Source: Terriglobales bacterium (GTDB taxonomy: Bacteria; Acidobacteriota; Terriglobia; Terriglobales; Acidobacteriaceae). Taken from it: a DNA stretch of 60,865 nucleotides. Within the stretch, counting starts at the first letter, position 1, and each line of letters opens with the position of its first letter. Shown piece by piece: positions 25,929 through 35,692 of this stretch. The position numbers were made by a program, and so were the translations under genes. Location of the stretch: NCBI GenBank assembly GCA_049589215.1, contig JBAWAI010000584.1, positions 1-60,865 on the forward strand, read 5' to 3'. The notes beneath the pieces are model-generated. The model made no database searches. It was not told the DNA's origin and saw only the letters and a program-made list of their open reading frames with translations.

Positions 25929-26858
25929 TTAGTGGCCTTCCTCTTCGAGATGCTTCTCTACTTCTAATGCCGCCATGCAGCCGGAGCCGGCAGCAGTGAT
26001 TGCCTGGCGGTAGCGGCGGTCCTGCACGTCGCCGCAGGCGAAAACCCCTGGAACTTTTGTGAAGACATTTTTGTGGGTGACGAGGTAGCCATCGTGGTCG
26101 GTTTCTAACTGCCCTTCGAATATTTTGGCATTCGGAATATGACCGATTCCGAGGAACATGGCGCTCGTCGGGAAGTCCCAACTGGCACCGGTTTTCAGAT
26201 TGCGCAGGCGCAGGGCCGTGACTTCCTTTTTGCCCACGTCGAGAACTTCGTCGACGACCGTGTCGTTGAGAAAAGCGATCTTTGGATTAGCTTGCGCGCG
26301 ATCGAGCATGATCTTTGAGGCACGGAATTGGTCGCGGCGATGGATGAGCGTGACTTTGCTGGCGAAGCGGGTCAGGAACGTGGCTTCTTCCATGGCGGAG
26401 TCGCCGCCGCCGATGACCGCGATTTCCTTGCCGGAGAAAAAGAAGCCGTCGCAGGTGGCGCAGGAGGACACGCCGTGTCCGATGAGTGCGTGCTCGCTCG
26501 GCAAGCCTAGCCAGCGTGCGGAGGCACCGCTGGCGACGATGAGAGTACGAGTCTGAACGACTTCTTTGCCGAAGGTCAACTCGATCGGTTGCTTGCTGAG
26601 GTCGGCTTTGCTGACGTGGCCGATGCGATATTCGGCGCCGAAACGGGTGGCTTGCTTGCGCATGTTCTCGACGAGTTCGGGTCCCTGAATGCCGTCGGGA
26701 AATCCGGGAAAGTTTTCGACCGAGGTGGTCATGGAAAGCTGGCCGCCGGGTTCGTGGCCTTCGATGACGAGTGGTTTGAGATTGGCGCGGGCGGAGTAGA
26801 GCGCGGCGGTGTGGCCGGCGCAGCCCGAGCCGATAATGACTACGTTGCGGATGTCCAT
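25929..26858 (-). CDS. trxB: Thioredoxin-disulfide reductase
   Basis: VIIGSGCAGHTAA FAD motif, CATCDG redox centre, GGGDSAMEEA NADPH motif; 309 aa. Confidence 0.92.
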   Translation of the reverse strand: MDIRNVVIIGSGCAGHTAALYSARANLKPLVIEGHEPGGQLSMTTSVENFPGFPDGIQGPELVENMRKQATRFGAEYRIGHVSKADLSKQPIELTFGKEVVQTRTLIVASGASARWLGLPSEHALIGHGVSSCATCDGFFFSGKEIAVIGGGDSAMEEATFLTRFASKVTLIHRRDQFRASKIMLDRAQANPKIAFLNDTVVDEVLDVGKKEVTALRLRNLKTGASWDFPTSAMFLGIGHIPNAKIFEGQLETDHDGYLVTHKNVFTKVPGVFACGDVQDRRYRQAITAAGSGCMAALEVEKHLEEEGH

Positions 26859-27006
26859 AGAGTCAGTTGAGTAGATTCCAGTGGAGCGATTTGGATGCAG
26901 ACGTCGAATGCCGGTTCGGCCGCCGCGAAAATCCTAAACGACAGAGTACACGGAGGTGCACAGGGGAAGTCAAAATCTTGAGGCGTTGAGAAAGACTTGA
27001 GGGGGC

Positions 27007-27067
27007 GGAGAAATTCATTTCTGGAGAAATCATTTCTAGAGTAATCATTCCTGGGTAAATCATTTCT
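27007..27067. repeat. Four tandem ~15-bp direct repeats (GGAGAAATCATTTCT-like) between the 27060-27761 ORF and trxB
   Basis: ggagaaattcatttct / ggagaaatcatttct / agagtaatcattcct / gggtaaatcatttct. The last unit overlaps the TGA of the upstream gene. The array is ~150-210 nt upstream of the trxB ATG. Confidence 0.8.
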
Positions 27068-27761
27068 GCTTTGCTTTTGGCTGCGTGCCAATGCCCATTC
27101 TGGTTAGTTCCTGCGGAACCGTTTTGCGGACGCCTAGCGCGTCGCGGTAGCGCATGAGAATGGTGGTGGCGGCGCGGAAGATGGGCTCGTAGGCGGTCTG
27201 ATCGGTTGCGGGACGGCCTTCTTCGGCGGGGCAACGAGCTAGGGCAACGGAGGACTTGCCGAAACGCTCGAGGCGGATGCGGTTGACCGGTGTGTCGGAG
27301 TTGAGCATGGCGCTGGCGGTGGTGACGGCGGAGGCGCTGTCTTCGATGGAGACCTGCATCAGATCTTTGGGCTCGCGAAGGCGCAGGACAAGCGTTTCGA
27401 TCATGGTGTGGGCATCGGTGCTGAAGGAATATTGCACGTTGCTGAAGGCGCCGGAGTTTGGGAACTCGCGGCGGACGCGGATCCAGTCCGCGGAGACGGC
27501 GTCGTTTTGGGGAACCTGTTGCATGCCGGGCATCGGAATGCTGGGATCGATGGTGGAGTGTCCGCGGGCAACTTCGAAATCTTTAGCGAAGACGGGCTTG
27601 GCCGGGATTTTGGCGAGAGCGGCGGAGAGTTCTTTTTGCTCTTCGGCGGAAGGTGTGCACACGTTGAGAACGTTGACCTTGACAGGCGGCGTTGACGGAG
27701 CTGGCGGCTGAGCCGCTTGAGCTATGGCTATGGCTAGGGCTAGCAGGATTTCTGGGAGCAC
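27060..27761 (-). CDS. Hypothetical exported protein
   Basis: 233-aa ORF with a hydrophobic N-terminus (LLALAIAIAQA) then a Pro-rich linker. No recognised family. Confidence 0.55.
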   Translation of the reverse strand: MLPEILLALAIAIAQAAQPPAPSTPPVKVNVLNVCTPSAEEQKELSAALAKIPAKPVFAKDFEVARGHSTIDPSIPMPGMQQVPQNDAVSADWIRVRREFPNSGAFSNVQYSFSTDAHTMIETLVLRLREPKDLMQVSIEDSASAVTTASAMLNSDTPVNRIRLERFGKSSVALARCPAEEGRPATDQTAYEPIFRAATTILMRYRDALGVRKTVPQELTRMGIGTQPKAKQK

Positions 27762-28011
27762 GGCGAAATTGTAACAGGGGGCGGGGCTGGGGCTGCGCTC
27801 GCTGACCTTTTTGAGCCGGGGTTGTTGGCTCTGGGATCACGCTCGAACGAACCGGCTTTTGCTGATGCAAACTGCCCAGTGCCGTTGAGCTGCCATGGAA
27901 AATACCAAGGGCTAAAACGGACGGGCGGGGGCTCGCGGCGAGGGTTGGATTCGGATGAGAATTGGCGAGAAACCTTCCCTGGTCCTTTCTGGAGAATCAG
28001 ATGGTATGTAG

Positions 28012-28036
28012 TTGTCTTAATCCTCAGATAAGACAA
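28012..28036 (+). terminator. Terminator-like hairpin with T-rich tail in an AT-rich spacer, with no upstream plus-strand gene
   Basis: TTGTCTTA-atcctcaga-TAAGACAA followed by gaaTTTTGTTTGT. It lies 78 nt upstream of the 28114 start. Confidence 0.35.
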
Positions 28037-28113
28037 GAATTTTGTTTGTATAGGAGCTATTTCCCCACTTATCGCGCCATCCTGATACAATTCGTGACCG
28101 AGGGGGATTACAT

Positions 28114-28434
28114 ATGGTTAACTTATCTCAGATTGTAGAGCAGTTGAAGGAAGAAGCAGCGCGATTGACAGAAGAGCTTGGGACAGTACGTACTGCTCTG
28201 GCCGCATTTGGCACGACGTCGGAGAAAAAAGCTACCGTACGGAGATTGTCGGCAGCCGGGCGAAGAAACATAGCCGCAGCGCAGAAGGCGCGATGGGCGA
28301 AGCTGAAGGGCGGAAAGCAAAACATCGTCGCGATGCCAAAGAAGCGGACGATGTCGGCAGCCGCGCGGAAGAAGATCGCAGCTGCGCAACGCGCCCGCTG
28401 GGCCAGAGTTAAGGCCCAAAGCAAGGCAGCTTAA
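28114..28434 (+). CDS. Small basic protein with an internal duplicated SAAxRxxIAAAQ[KR]ARWA[KR] motif
   Basis: GAGGGGG RBS. 106 aa with a coiled-coil-like N-terminus. Two copies of the Arg/Lys-rich motif. Followed by a canonical terminator. Confidence 0.7.
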   Translation: MVNLSQIVEQLKEEAARLTEELGTVRTALAAFGTTSEKKATVRRLSAAGRRNIAAAQKARWAKLKGGKQNIVAMPKKRTMSAAARKKIAAAQRARWARVKAQSKAA

Positions 28435-28456
28435 AAAAAGTCGTCGAGGGTAGAAT

Positions 28457-28487
28457 GCCGCTTGGATCTCCTCCAGCGGCTTTTTTG
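28457..28487 (+). terminator. Rho-independent terminator
   Basis: GCCGCT-tggatctcctcc-AGCGGC followed by TTTTTTG, 22 nt after the stop codon. Confidence 0.7.
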
Positions 28488-28842
28488 TTTGCTCGTAGGT
28501 TTGTATCACTCCTCATTTCCAGACCTTCGGTCATATCTTGCTCTTAGTGCGACTTAGAGTGCATAGGAGAGGATCGACCACTGGTCGTACTCGCCGGCCT
28601 TGATTTGAAATCTGAGGCGATTCCGGAACCTTCAGGACGCTCGATCTTCGCCCGGATGGCCATCTGCTTCTGTACGATCTCTTGGATGAAGTAGCCGATT
28701 TTTGACCACGGACGTCTGCGTTTCGCGCCCCCTTGTGCGGGAAAGTGACTTGCTGCCCGTAAAGGCCGTGGTTGATCCAGCCGAAAAAGTTCATGTGGCC
28801 TTTACGCCATCGAGCCGTTCTTCGGAGGCTGGAGAAGTCCCA

Positions 28843-30828
28843 ATGCATTCGCTTAAACGGCACTTAGGTCTGATGATCGTCGTATTGGCGACGATTGCCG
28901 CCGCCGATGATCAAACGAAGGATTTGAGTGGCGCCAGCCTGGAAGAGCTGAGCAATATTCAGGTTTATAGCGCCTCGAAGCATTTGCAGAGCGCCAGCGA
29001 AGCGCCGGCTTCGGTGACTGTTGTCACTTTCGACGAGATCCAAAAATTCGGCTACCGCAATCTGGCAGACATCCTGCGCAGTGTTCCTGGTTTTTATGTC
29101 ACTTATGACCGCGATTACACGTTCGTCGGCGTACGCGGATTTGGGCGCCTGGGAGACTGGAACAGCCGCGTTCTGGTGTTGATCGACGGCCATCGCATCA
29201 ACAACAACGTTCTAGGCCAGGCCATGTTGGGGAATGAGTTTCTGGTCGATGTGGACATGATCGAGCGGGTCGAGATCGTCTGCGGCGCGGGCTCTTCTCT
29301 TTATGGCGCTAACGCATTTTTCGCGGTGATCAACGTCATTACCCGTACAAGCAAAGAGGTGAAGGATTGGGAACTTTCGTTCCAGGCAGGCAGCTTTGGC
29401 ACCTATGAAGGGAGAGCGACCTACGGCCATCAATTTCATGGGCTGGGCGTCCTTCTTTCCGGCACTTTCTATAACAGCGCGGGCCAGACTCTATTTTTTC
29501 CGGTATTCGACAATCCAGCTAACAACAACGGTATTACGAGCAATACCGATTACGAATCCTACAAGCACATTCTGGCGACGCTTACGTTTCACGGGTTCAC
29601 TTTCCAGGGATTATTCAGCACACGCGACAAGGGAGTTCCGACTGCATACTTCGGGGCGGCATTCAATGATCCCGCCGATTTCAATATTGATAGCCATCAG
29701 TACTTCAATCTCGGCTACCAACACTCGCTTGGAAAATGGCTGATAGACACCCACACGAGCTATGACCAGGCTCGTTTGCAGGGACCGGTCCCAGTGGCGC
29801 CCGCCATGGCAGGCGGCCCAGTGGTGCTCGATAGTTACTCGTTCCGCGGAAACTGGTGGACGGGAGAAGTAAAGGTAAGCCGTGACCTGTTTGAACGAAA
29901 CCACATTACGTTGGGGACGGAGATTCGGGACAACCTCAGGCAAGACCAAGGCAGCCTTGTGAATCCTCCCAATACCTTTACTCCAGATCCTAATTCTTCC
30001 GTCATAGCGGCGTTCTATGCTCAGGACGAATTCAACATTACAAGCCGCCTTACGCTTAACTTGGGCGTTCGCTACGATCACTATTCAACTTTTGGCGGGA
30101 CTACCAACCCGCGGGGCGCGCTGATCTACCGTCCAGCCCGGAAAACCAGCCTGAAGCTACTTTATGGCGATGCTTTCAGCGCCCCCGATGTTTATGAGAT
30201 CACGCCGGACTTCGGCTCTTTTTACGATGACAACCTGAAGCTAAAACCCGAGCACATTCAGACACTGGAGGCCAGGGCAGACCAGGGACTGGGGCGATAC
30301 TTTCAGGTCTCTGGCGGCGTGTATCGCAATCGCATCAGCGACCTGATCTCGCTCGAATTCCGGCCCAGCGACGCCAACTACCAGTACCAGAACGCCGGCA
30401 GTGCCATAGCCACAGGCATGGATGTTGAGTTCAGTGGACACGCGGCCAACGGATTGCAGGGAAAGGCAAGCTTCGATTACGTGAACGCTTATGACGATAC
30501 AACCGGGCACCCACCATTGGATAACTCCGCATACGAGGCGGCGAAGTTAAATCTGAGTATCCCGTTGGCAGGGCCGTCATTGACTGCGGGCCTCGAGGGG
30601 CAATTTCTTGGAAGGCGATTGACGCTCTTGCAGAATTCGATCGGCAGTTATCAGGTCTTCAACTTCACGCTGCTCGGGCATACGCTCGGAAAACACCTGG
30701 ACGTGGCCGCCAGCGTTTTCAACCTCCTGAACAAGACCTATTTCGATCCCGGCCGCCCGGAAGATCCCGAAAATGTGATTCAGCAGGACGGAAGAAGCAT
30801 TCGGATCAAGCTGACGGCCCGATTTTAA
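28843..30828 (+). CDS. TonB-dependent outer-membrane receptor
   Basis: Signal peptide. Plug domain (VTVVTFDEIQKFGYRNLADILRSVPGF...RVEIVCGAGSSLYG). Beta-barrel ending in ...IKLTARF. ATG 28843 chosen. Confidence 0.88.
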   Translation: MHSLKRHLGLMIVVLATIAAADDQTKDLSGASLEELSNIQVYSASKHLQSASEAPASVTVVTFDEIQKFGYRNLADILRSVPGFYVTYDRDYTFVGVRGFGRLGDWNSRVLVLIDGHRINNNVLGQAMLGNEFLVDVDMIERVEIVCGAGSSLYGANAFFAVINVITRTSKEVKDWELSFQAGSFGTYEGRATYGHQFHGLGVLLSGTFYNSAGQTLFFPVFDNPANNNGITSNTDYESYKHILATLTFHGFTFQGLFSTRDKGVPTAYFGAAFNDPADFNIDSHQYFNLGYQHSLGKWLIDTHTSYDQARLQGPVPVAPAMAGGPVVLDSYSFRGNWWTGEVKVSRDLFERNHITLGTEIRDNLRQDQGSLVNPPNTFTPDPNSSVIAAFYAQDEFNITSRLTLNLGVRYDHYSTFGGTTNPRGALIYRPARKTSLKLLYGDAFSAPDVYEITPDFGSFYDDNLKLKPEHIQTLEARADQGLGRYFQVSGGVYRNRISDLISLEFRPSDANYQYQNAGSAIATGMDVEFSGHAANGLQGKASFDYVNAYDDTTGHPPLDNSAYEAAKLNLSIPLAGPSLTAGLEGQFLGRRLTLLQNSIGSYQVFNFTLLGHTLGKHLDVAASVFNLLNKTYFDPGRPEDPENVIQQDGRSIRIKLTARF

Positions 30829-30911
30829 AAGTCGAGCGCCGGTCGCGAATGAACCGGCGTTTGGATTCACGACTCCACTTGTAAACGCAGCCTAAGGACG
30901 CTTGAAACGAG

Positions 30912-31493
30912 ATGAGGATTGCGAATTTGACTCCGGCGAAGTCGACAAAAGGGCGGAGTCCGAGGCGAGTTCTAAGGACGCTGGGAGTGGTGGTCCTTAT
31001 TTTCAGCCGCATGGGCGCGCAATCCGCCCCAACAGGCGAGTACCAGGTGAAGGCGGCATTTTTGTACAACTTTGCGAAGTTCGTGGAATGGCCGGCGGGT
31101 CGTTTCGCGGACGGAAGCGCGCCGCTCCGGATCTGTGTTTTAGGGCAGGATCCATTTGGAGAAGATCTGCGGAACGTCGCCAGCGACAAGGTCGTAAACG
31201 GACACAAGCTGCTCGTCGATCAGGTGGCCGATGTGGCGGCGGCGCGGAGTTGTCACATCCTCTTTGTTGCGTCTTCAAAAAAGGCGGATATGAAGCAGAT
31301 TTTAGAAAGTCTGCGCGGGGCCGATGTACTTACGGTGGGGGACACCAAGGGATTTGCGAAGCTGGGCGGGATGATCAATTTTGTTCTGGAAGACAATCGC
31401 GTGCGCTTCGAAGTGAATAAGACGGCCGCCGAGCAGACCGGGATGAAGATCAGTTCCAAGCTATTGAGCCTAGCCGTATTGGTTATCGGGTAA
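30912..31493 (+). CDS. YfiR/DUF4154-family periplasmic protein
   Basis: Signal peptide then YQVKAAFLYNFAKFVEWP...ICVLG...L(T)VGD pattern. Confidence 0.8.
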   Translation: MRIANLTPAKSTKGRSPRRVLRTLGVVVLIFSRMGAQSAPTGEYQVKAAFLYNFAKFVEWPAGRFADGSAPLRICVLGQDPFGEDLRNVASDKVVNGHKLLVDQVADVAAARSCHILFVASSKKADMKQILESLRGADVLTVGDTKGFAKLGGMINFVLEDNRVRFEVNKTAAEQTGMKISSKLLSLAVLVIG

Positions 31494-31514
31494 AGGCGAC
31501 GGGAAGCAACTCTG

Positions 31515-34322
31515 ATGCGTTTCTTTCGTGATATGTCGATTCGCCGCAAGCTGACCGCGCTCTTCATGGCGATTAGCGGGGTCACGGCATTGGCGGTCTC
31601 CGGCCCGATGGCGATTTATGAGGTCGCGAAATTCAAAGAGGCGTCGGCGCAGAGCCTGGCGGTGGTGGGCGACGTTCTGGCCGGAAACAGTACGGCCGCC
31701 ATCACCTTTCATGACGCGGACGGGGCGCGTGAGGTTTTGCGGGCGTTGCGGGCAGAGCCGAATGTGACAAGGGCCTGTATCTATACCTCCGACGGCAAGC
31801 CATTTGCCACCTATGCGCGAGACGCAAAAGACGGGGGTTTTCTACCGCCTCCGCCGCAAATGAAGAGCACGGAGTTCGGGAACGACCGTATGGTGCAATT
31901 TCGAAAGATCGTGCTGGCGGGTGAGACGGTGGGAACGCTTTACATTGAATCGGACCAGGAAAGACTGCACGCGCGAGTGCGCGCCTATGCCTTCAGCTTC
32001 ACACTGACCTTGCTGATCACGTTCACGCTCGCGTTCGGGCTGGCCTCACGATTCCAAAGGCCGATATCGGAGCCTGTGCTGAAACTGGTGGCGACAACGA
32101 AGGCTGTTTCCGGGCGCGGCGACTACTCGATCCGCGCGGAGATTCCGAATCGCGATGAACTCGGAACGTTGGCGGCGGAACTGAACGGCATGCTGGAGCA
32201 GATCGAACGGCGCGACCTGGAGCTGCAACAGCACCGGGACAACCTGGAGCAGGAGGTCGCACACCGCACCAAGGAATTGGTGGTCATAAATGCAGACATG
32301 CTGGTGGCGAAAGAGGCGGCGGAAGCGGCCAGCCGGGCAAAGAGCGAATTTCTGGCCAACATGAGCCATGAAATCCGCACGCCGATCAACGGCATTATGG
32401 GTATGACGGAATTGACTCTGGATACGGAATTGAGCACGGAACAGCGCGAGTTCCTGATGCTGGTGAAGTCATCGAGCGAGTCGCTGCTTTCGGTGATCGG
32501 CGACATTCTGGATTTCTCAAAGGTGGAGTCGGGCAAGCTGGATCTGGAGACGATCGAGTTCGACCTCTACAACTGCGTGGGCGAGACGATGAAAACCATG
32601 GCGCTGCGGGCGCACCAGAAGGGACTCGAACTGGCCTACGATGTCGACCCGGAGGTGCCCTCGCAACTGGTCGGCGATCCGGGACGGCTGCGGCAGATTC
32701 TTGTCAACCTGGTCGGGAACGCGATCAAGTTCACGAAAGATGGAGAAGTGCTGGTGGCGATCGAGCGGTGCTCGCAGGACGCCAGAGAAATAGAGCTGCA
32801 TTTTCGAGTGAAGGATACCGGCATCGGAATACCTCCCGAGAAACACGGTTTGCTATTCAAAGCTTTCTCGCAGGCGGACAGCAGCACGACCCGCCAGTAT
32901 GGCGGCACTGGCCTGGGCCTGGCGATCTCGGCGCGACTGGTGGAGCTGATGAACGGCAAAATGTGGGTTGAGAGTGGCCAGGGGAAAGGCAGCACGTTTC
33001 ATTTCACTGCGCGCTTCGCAACGGCTGAGGCAAAAAGTACGTCGGCGGCGGCTCCAAAAGACGAATTGCAGGGACTGGCTGTGCTGGTGGTAGACGACAA
33101 CGAGACTAACCGGCGAATTCTGTGCGGAATGACGCGGAGCTGGGGTATGAGGCCGTGCGCGGTGGAAAGCGGCGCGAAGGCTCTGGCCGCGATGGAGGCG
33201 GCGCAGAAAAAAGGTGATCCTTTTCGGCTGGCGCTGATCGACGGGCATATGCCCGAGATGGTCGGGTTCGAGTTGGCGGTGCAGATACAGACGCGGGGTG
33301 CGTCGCAGGGCGAGAAAGAAGCGACCATCCTGATGCTGACTTCAGGCGGACAGCCAGGAGAAGCGACTCGCTGCAAGCAGGTAGGCATTGCAGCGTATCT
33401 CGTGAAGCCGGTGCTCAAAGCCGACCTGATGGCCGCCATCCTGACGGCGCTTAGCGAGGGGAAAAGCGCCGCCCCGAAGCTCGTCACTCGCCATAGCCTG
33501 CGCGAGTCGAGCCGCAAGTTCAGGATCCTGGTTGCGGAAGACAATGCGGTGAACCAGGCGGTGATTTTGCGCGTGCTCCGAAAGATGGGGCACACACCGG
33601 TGCTCGCGCAAAACGGAAAGGAAGCGCTGGACTTCGCGACCACGGAACAGTTCGATGTTGCTTTCATGGACGTGCAAATGCCCGAGATGGACGGACTGGC
33701 CGCGACGGCCGCAATCCGCGAAAACGAAAGAAAGAGCGGAACACACCTTCCGATCATCGCGATGACGGCGCATGCCATGACGGGTGACCGCGAACGTTGC
33801 CTTGCCGCGGGCATGGATAGCTACATCACAAAGCCGCTGCGCTTCGGCGACATCGAGCAGACGCTGGCAAGTTTGGCGGGGCCGGAGACACCGACGCAAC
33901 CTGACGTGGTCGACCAGGTGAGCGCTCGGGCAAGCGCCAAGGTGAAAGAACCAGCCGGGGCGGCATTCTGGAATCGAACGGAAGCTCTTGAGCGGGTGAT
34001 GGGGGATGAGAATCTGCTTGAAGAAGTCTGCCAGATTTTTCTGCAAGAGTCTCCAAAATTGCTGCGGAGATTGCAAGCGGCGGTGTCGGCCGGAGATGCG
34101 GGCGAGGTGATGCGCGCGGCGCACAGCCTCAAAGGCGAATCCAGTTACCTGAGCGCGAGCGGAGTATTTCAAGCTGCGCGCGTGCTTGAGGAGATGGGCC
34201 GCAGGCAGGAACTTTCCGGCGCAGCCGAGACGCTGGCCGTACTGGAGCGGGACATGGCGGGCCTGCTGCTCGAACTAGAAGGGCCGACCGAAGGGCGTTC
34301 TCAGGCGGCGCACCATGGCTGA
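31515..34322 (+). CDS. Hybrid sensor histidine kinase (CHASE8-like sensor, HAMP, HisKA, HATPase_c, two REC, HPt)
   Basis: H-box [22 protein letters not shown]1 [15 protein letters not shown]2 [12 protein letters not shown]...[10 protein letters not shown]. HPt AHSLKGES. The CHASE8 call is from memory of N-terminal architecture. Confidence 0.88.
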   Translation: MRFFRDMSIRRKLTALFMAISGVTALAVSGPMAIYEVAKFKEASAQSLAVVGDVLAGNSTAAITFHDADGAREVLRALRAEPNVTRACIYTSDGKPFATYARDAKDGGFLPPPPQMKSTEFGNDRMVQFRKIVLAGETVGTLYIESDQERLHARVRAYAFSFTLTLLITFTLAFGLASRFQRPISEPVLKLVATTKAVSGRGDYSIRAEIPNRDELGTLAAELNGMLEQIERRDLELQQHRDNLEQEVAHRTKELVVINADMLVAKEAAEAASRAKSEFLANMSHEIRTPINGIMGMTELTLDTELSTEQREFLMLVKSSSESLLSVIGDILDFSKVESGKLDLETIEFDLYNCVGETMKTMALRAHQKGLELAYDVDPEVPSQLVGDPGRLRQILVNLVGNAIKFTKDGEVLVAIERCSQDAREIELHFRVKDTGIGIPPEKHGLLFKAFSQADSSTTRQYGGTGLGLAISARLVELMNGKMWVESGQGKGSTFHFTARFATAEAKSTSAAAPKDELQGLAVLVVDDNETNRRILCGMTRSWGMRPCAVESGAKALAAMEAAQKKGDPFRLALIDGHMPEMVGFELAVQIQTRGASQGEKEATILMLTSGGQPGEATRCKQVGIAAYLVKPVLKADLMAAILTALSEGKSAAPKLVTRHSLRESSRKFRILVAEDNAVNQAVILRVLRKMGHTPVLAQNGKEALDFATTEQFDVAFMDVQMPEMDGLAATAAIRENERKSGTHLPIIAMTAHAMTGDRERCLAAGMDSYITKPLRFGDIEQTLASLAGPETPTQPDVVDQVSARASAKVKEPAGAAFWNRTEALERVMGDENLLEEVCQIFLQESPKLLRRLQAAVSAGDAGEVMRAAHSLKGESSYLSASGVFQAARVLEEMGRRQELSGAAETLAVLERDMAGLLLELEGPTEGRSQAAHHG

Positions 34323-35334
34323 AATTCCGGGAGAGCCTGTTGATGCCGGCGATCCAAGAGCAGATGTTGCGGGCGTCGCGAGCGCGCGCAACGCCGTGTT
34401 GATTGCGGAAGACGACGCGCTTTTTCGGCGCATTCTGGAACGCTGTCTCGAGCAGTGGGACTATCAGGTGACGACCGTGGAAAATGGGTTGGATGCCTGG
34501 GAGGCACTGCAGAAAGAAGGCGCTCCGCCGCTGGCCATTCTCGACTGGATGATGCCCGGGATGGACGGAATCGAGCTCTGCCGCAAGATCCGGAGCTGGC
34601 AACGAGGCCCGTATCGATACGTTTTATTACTGACCTCGAAGGACGACAAGCAGGATGTGGTGGCGGGACTCGAAGCAGGGGCCGATGACTATCTTACGAA
34701 GCCCTTTCACGTGGATGAACTACGCGCTCGGGTTCGGGCGGGCGAGCGGATTCTCGATCTGCAAGCAGCTCTGATTCGCGCCCAACATGAGTTGCGATCG
34801 GCGGCGGACCACGACTCGCTGACCGGGTTGTGGAATCGCGGCGCCATCCTCGAGTTGCTGAAGGGCGAAGTTTCGCGACGACGACGAACCCAGGGGTCGC
34901 TCGGCATCGTCATGGCAGACATTGATCACTTTAAGAAGATCAACGATACGTGTGGCCACTTGATCGGCGATGACGTGCTGAGAGAGGTCACGCGGCGGCT
35001 GGCTGCGAATCTTAGACCCTACGATGCGGTTGGACGCTATGGTGGAGAGGAATTCCTGATTGTCTTTCCGGGATGCAATATGAGCAATTTGGTCATCGGC
35101 GCAGATCGCCTACGCCACTCGATCGCCGATCGAGCGATCGAAACTGGCGCGGGCCAAATCCCGGTTACGATCAGCCTTGGGCTCACCTCGCTGGAGCCGC
35201 AAGACGCGGAGCCCCCGGATTGTGAGACGCTGCTGCGCACCGCCGACGAGGCTCTCTACGCGGCCAAGGCTCGGGGCCGGAACCGTCTGGAGACGGCTCC
35301 CATGGCGCGGGCAGCGGGATTGCCCGGTGATTGA
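34315..35334 (+). CDS. Response-regulator diguanylate cyclase (REC-GGDEF) with intact I-site
   Basis: [12 protein letters not shown]...[10 protein letters not shown] receiver. GGEEF active site. RPYD (RxxD) five residues upstream of GGEEF. 8-nt overlap with the kinase gene. Confidence 0.9.
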   Translation: MAEIPGEPVDAGDPRADVAGVASARNAVLIAEDDALFRRILERCLEQWDYQVTTVENGLDAWEALQKEGAPPLAILDWMMPGMDGIELCRKIRSWQRGPYRYVLLLTSKDDKQDVVAGLEAGADDYLTKPFHVDELRARVRAGERILDLQAALIRAQHELRSAADHDSLTGLWNRGAILELLKGEVSRRRRTQGSLGIVMADIDHFKKINDTCGHLIGDDVLREVTRRLAANLRPYDAVGRYGGEEFLIVFPGCNMSNLVIGADRLRHSIADRAIETGAGQIPVTISLGLTSLEPQDAEPPDCETLLRTADEALYAAKARGRNRLETAPMARAAGLPGD

Positions 35335-35430
35335 CTACCGGTTAAGCGAGCTTGGCGAGATGAGTGTCTTTCTGCCCGAAATTGACTTCGTTCCTACCGA
35401 CACGTAATGAACTGTTCCTGAAACGAGCTT

Positions 35431-35448
35431 CATCCAGTATGCTGGATG
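35431..35448 (+). terminator. Perfect 7-bp hairpin downstream of the GGDEF gene (no U-tract)
   Basis: CATCCAG-tatg-CTGGATG. Confidence 0.25.
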
Positions 35449-35692
35449 TATCGAGGGCGGATCACGGGTTCACAGTTCCCTGCTCAACCTAAACACTGCT
35501 CGATTGAAAACTCGGCTCGTTTGAGGGCCGGGCCACTTCAGATCACCATTTCTTAGTTTCATTCATATCTTTCGTCATTCGTTCAGCCGGTAGTCGTTAC
35601 AAGCGAACTTTGGGGTTGAAGACCGTTCAGATCTGAAGAATTCGGCGGAGCTGCAATGTGTAGGATCGAACGACGTATGAGGTCACGATAAC

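Noticed and set aside
25870-26181. 104-aa N-terminal extension of the aldo/keto reductase ORF in the track (24814-26181).
   Set aside because: The extension overlaps the 3' end of trxB in another frame and is Arg/Pro-rich. The canonical AKR N-terminus MNYRLFGKSG starts at ATG 25869 with a GAGGTG RBS.
28690-28800. Possible cobalamin riboswitch upstream of the TonB-dependent receptor (GCGGGAAAGUGA...GCUGCCCGUAAAGG resembles fragments of the B12 core).
   Set aside because: The matching fragments are too compressed. There is no recognisable B12 box and I could not draw the multi-stem junction. The downstream genes indicate a signalling receptor rather than a B12 importer. A covariance-model scan (Rfam RF00174) would settle it.
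28531-28863. 110-aa minus-strand ORF in the spacer upstream of the TonB receptor.
   Set aside because: The product is Arg/Ser-rich low complexity. There is no RBS, it overlaps the receptor start region, and it would be an isolated minus-strand gene. Most likely spurious.
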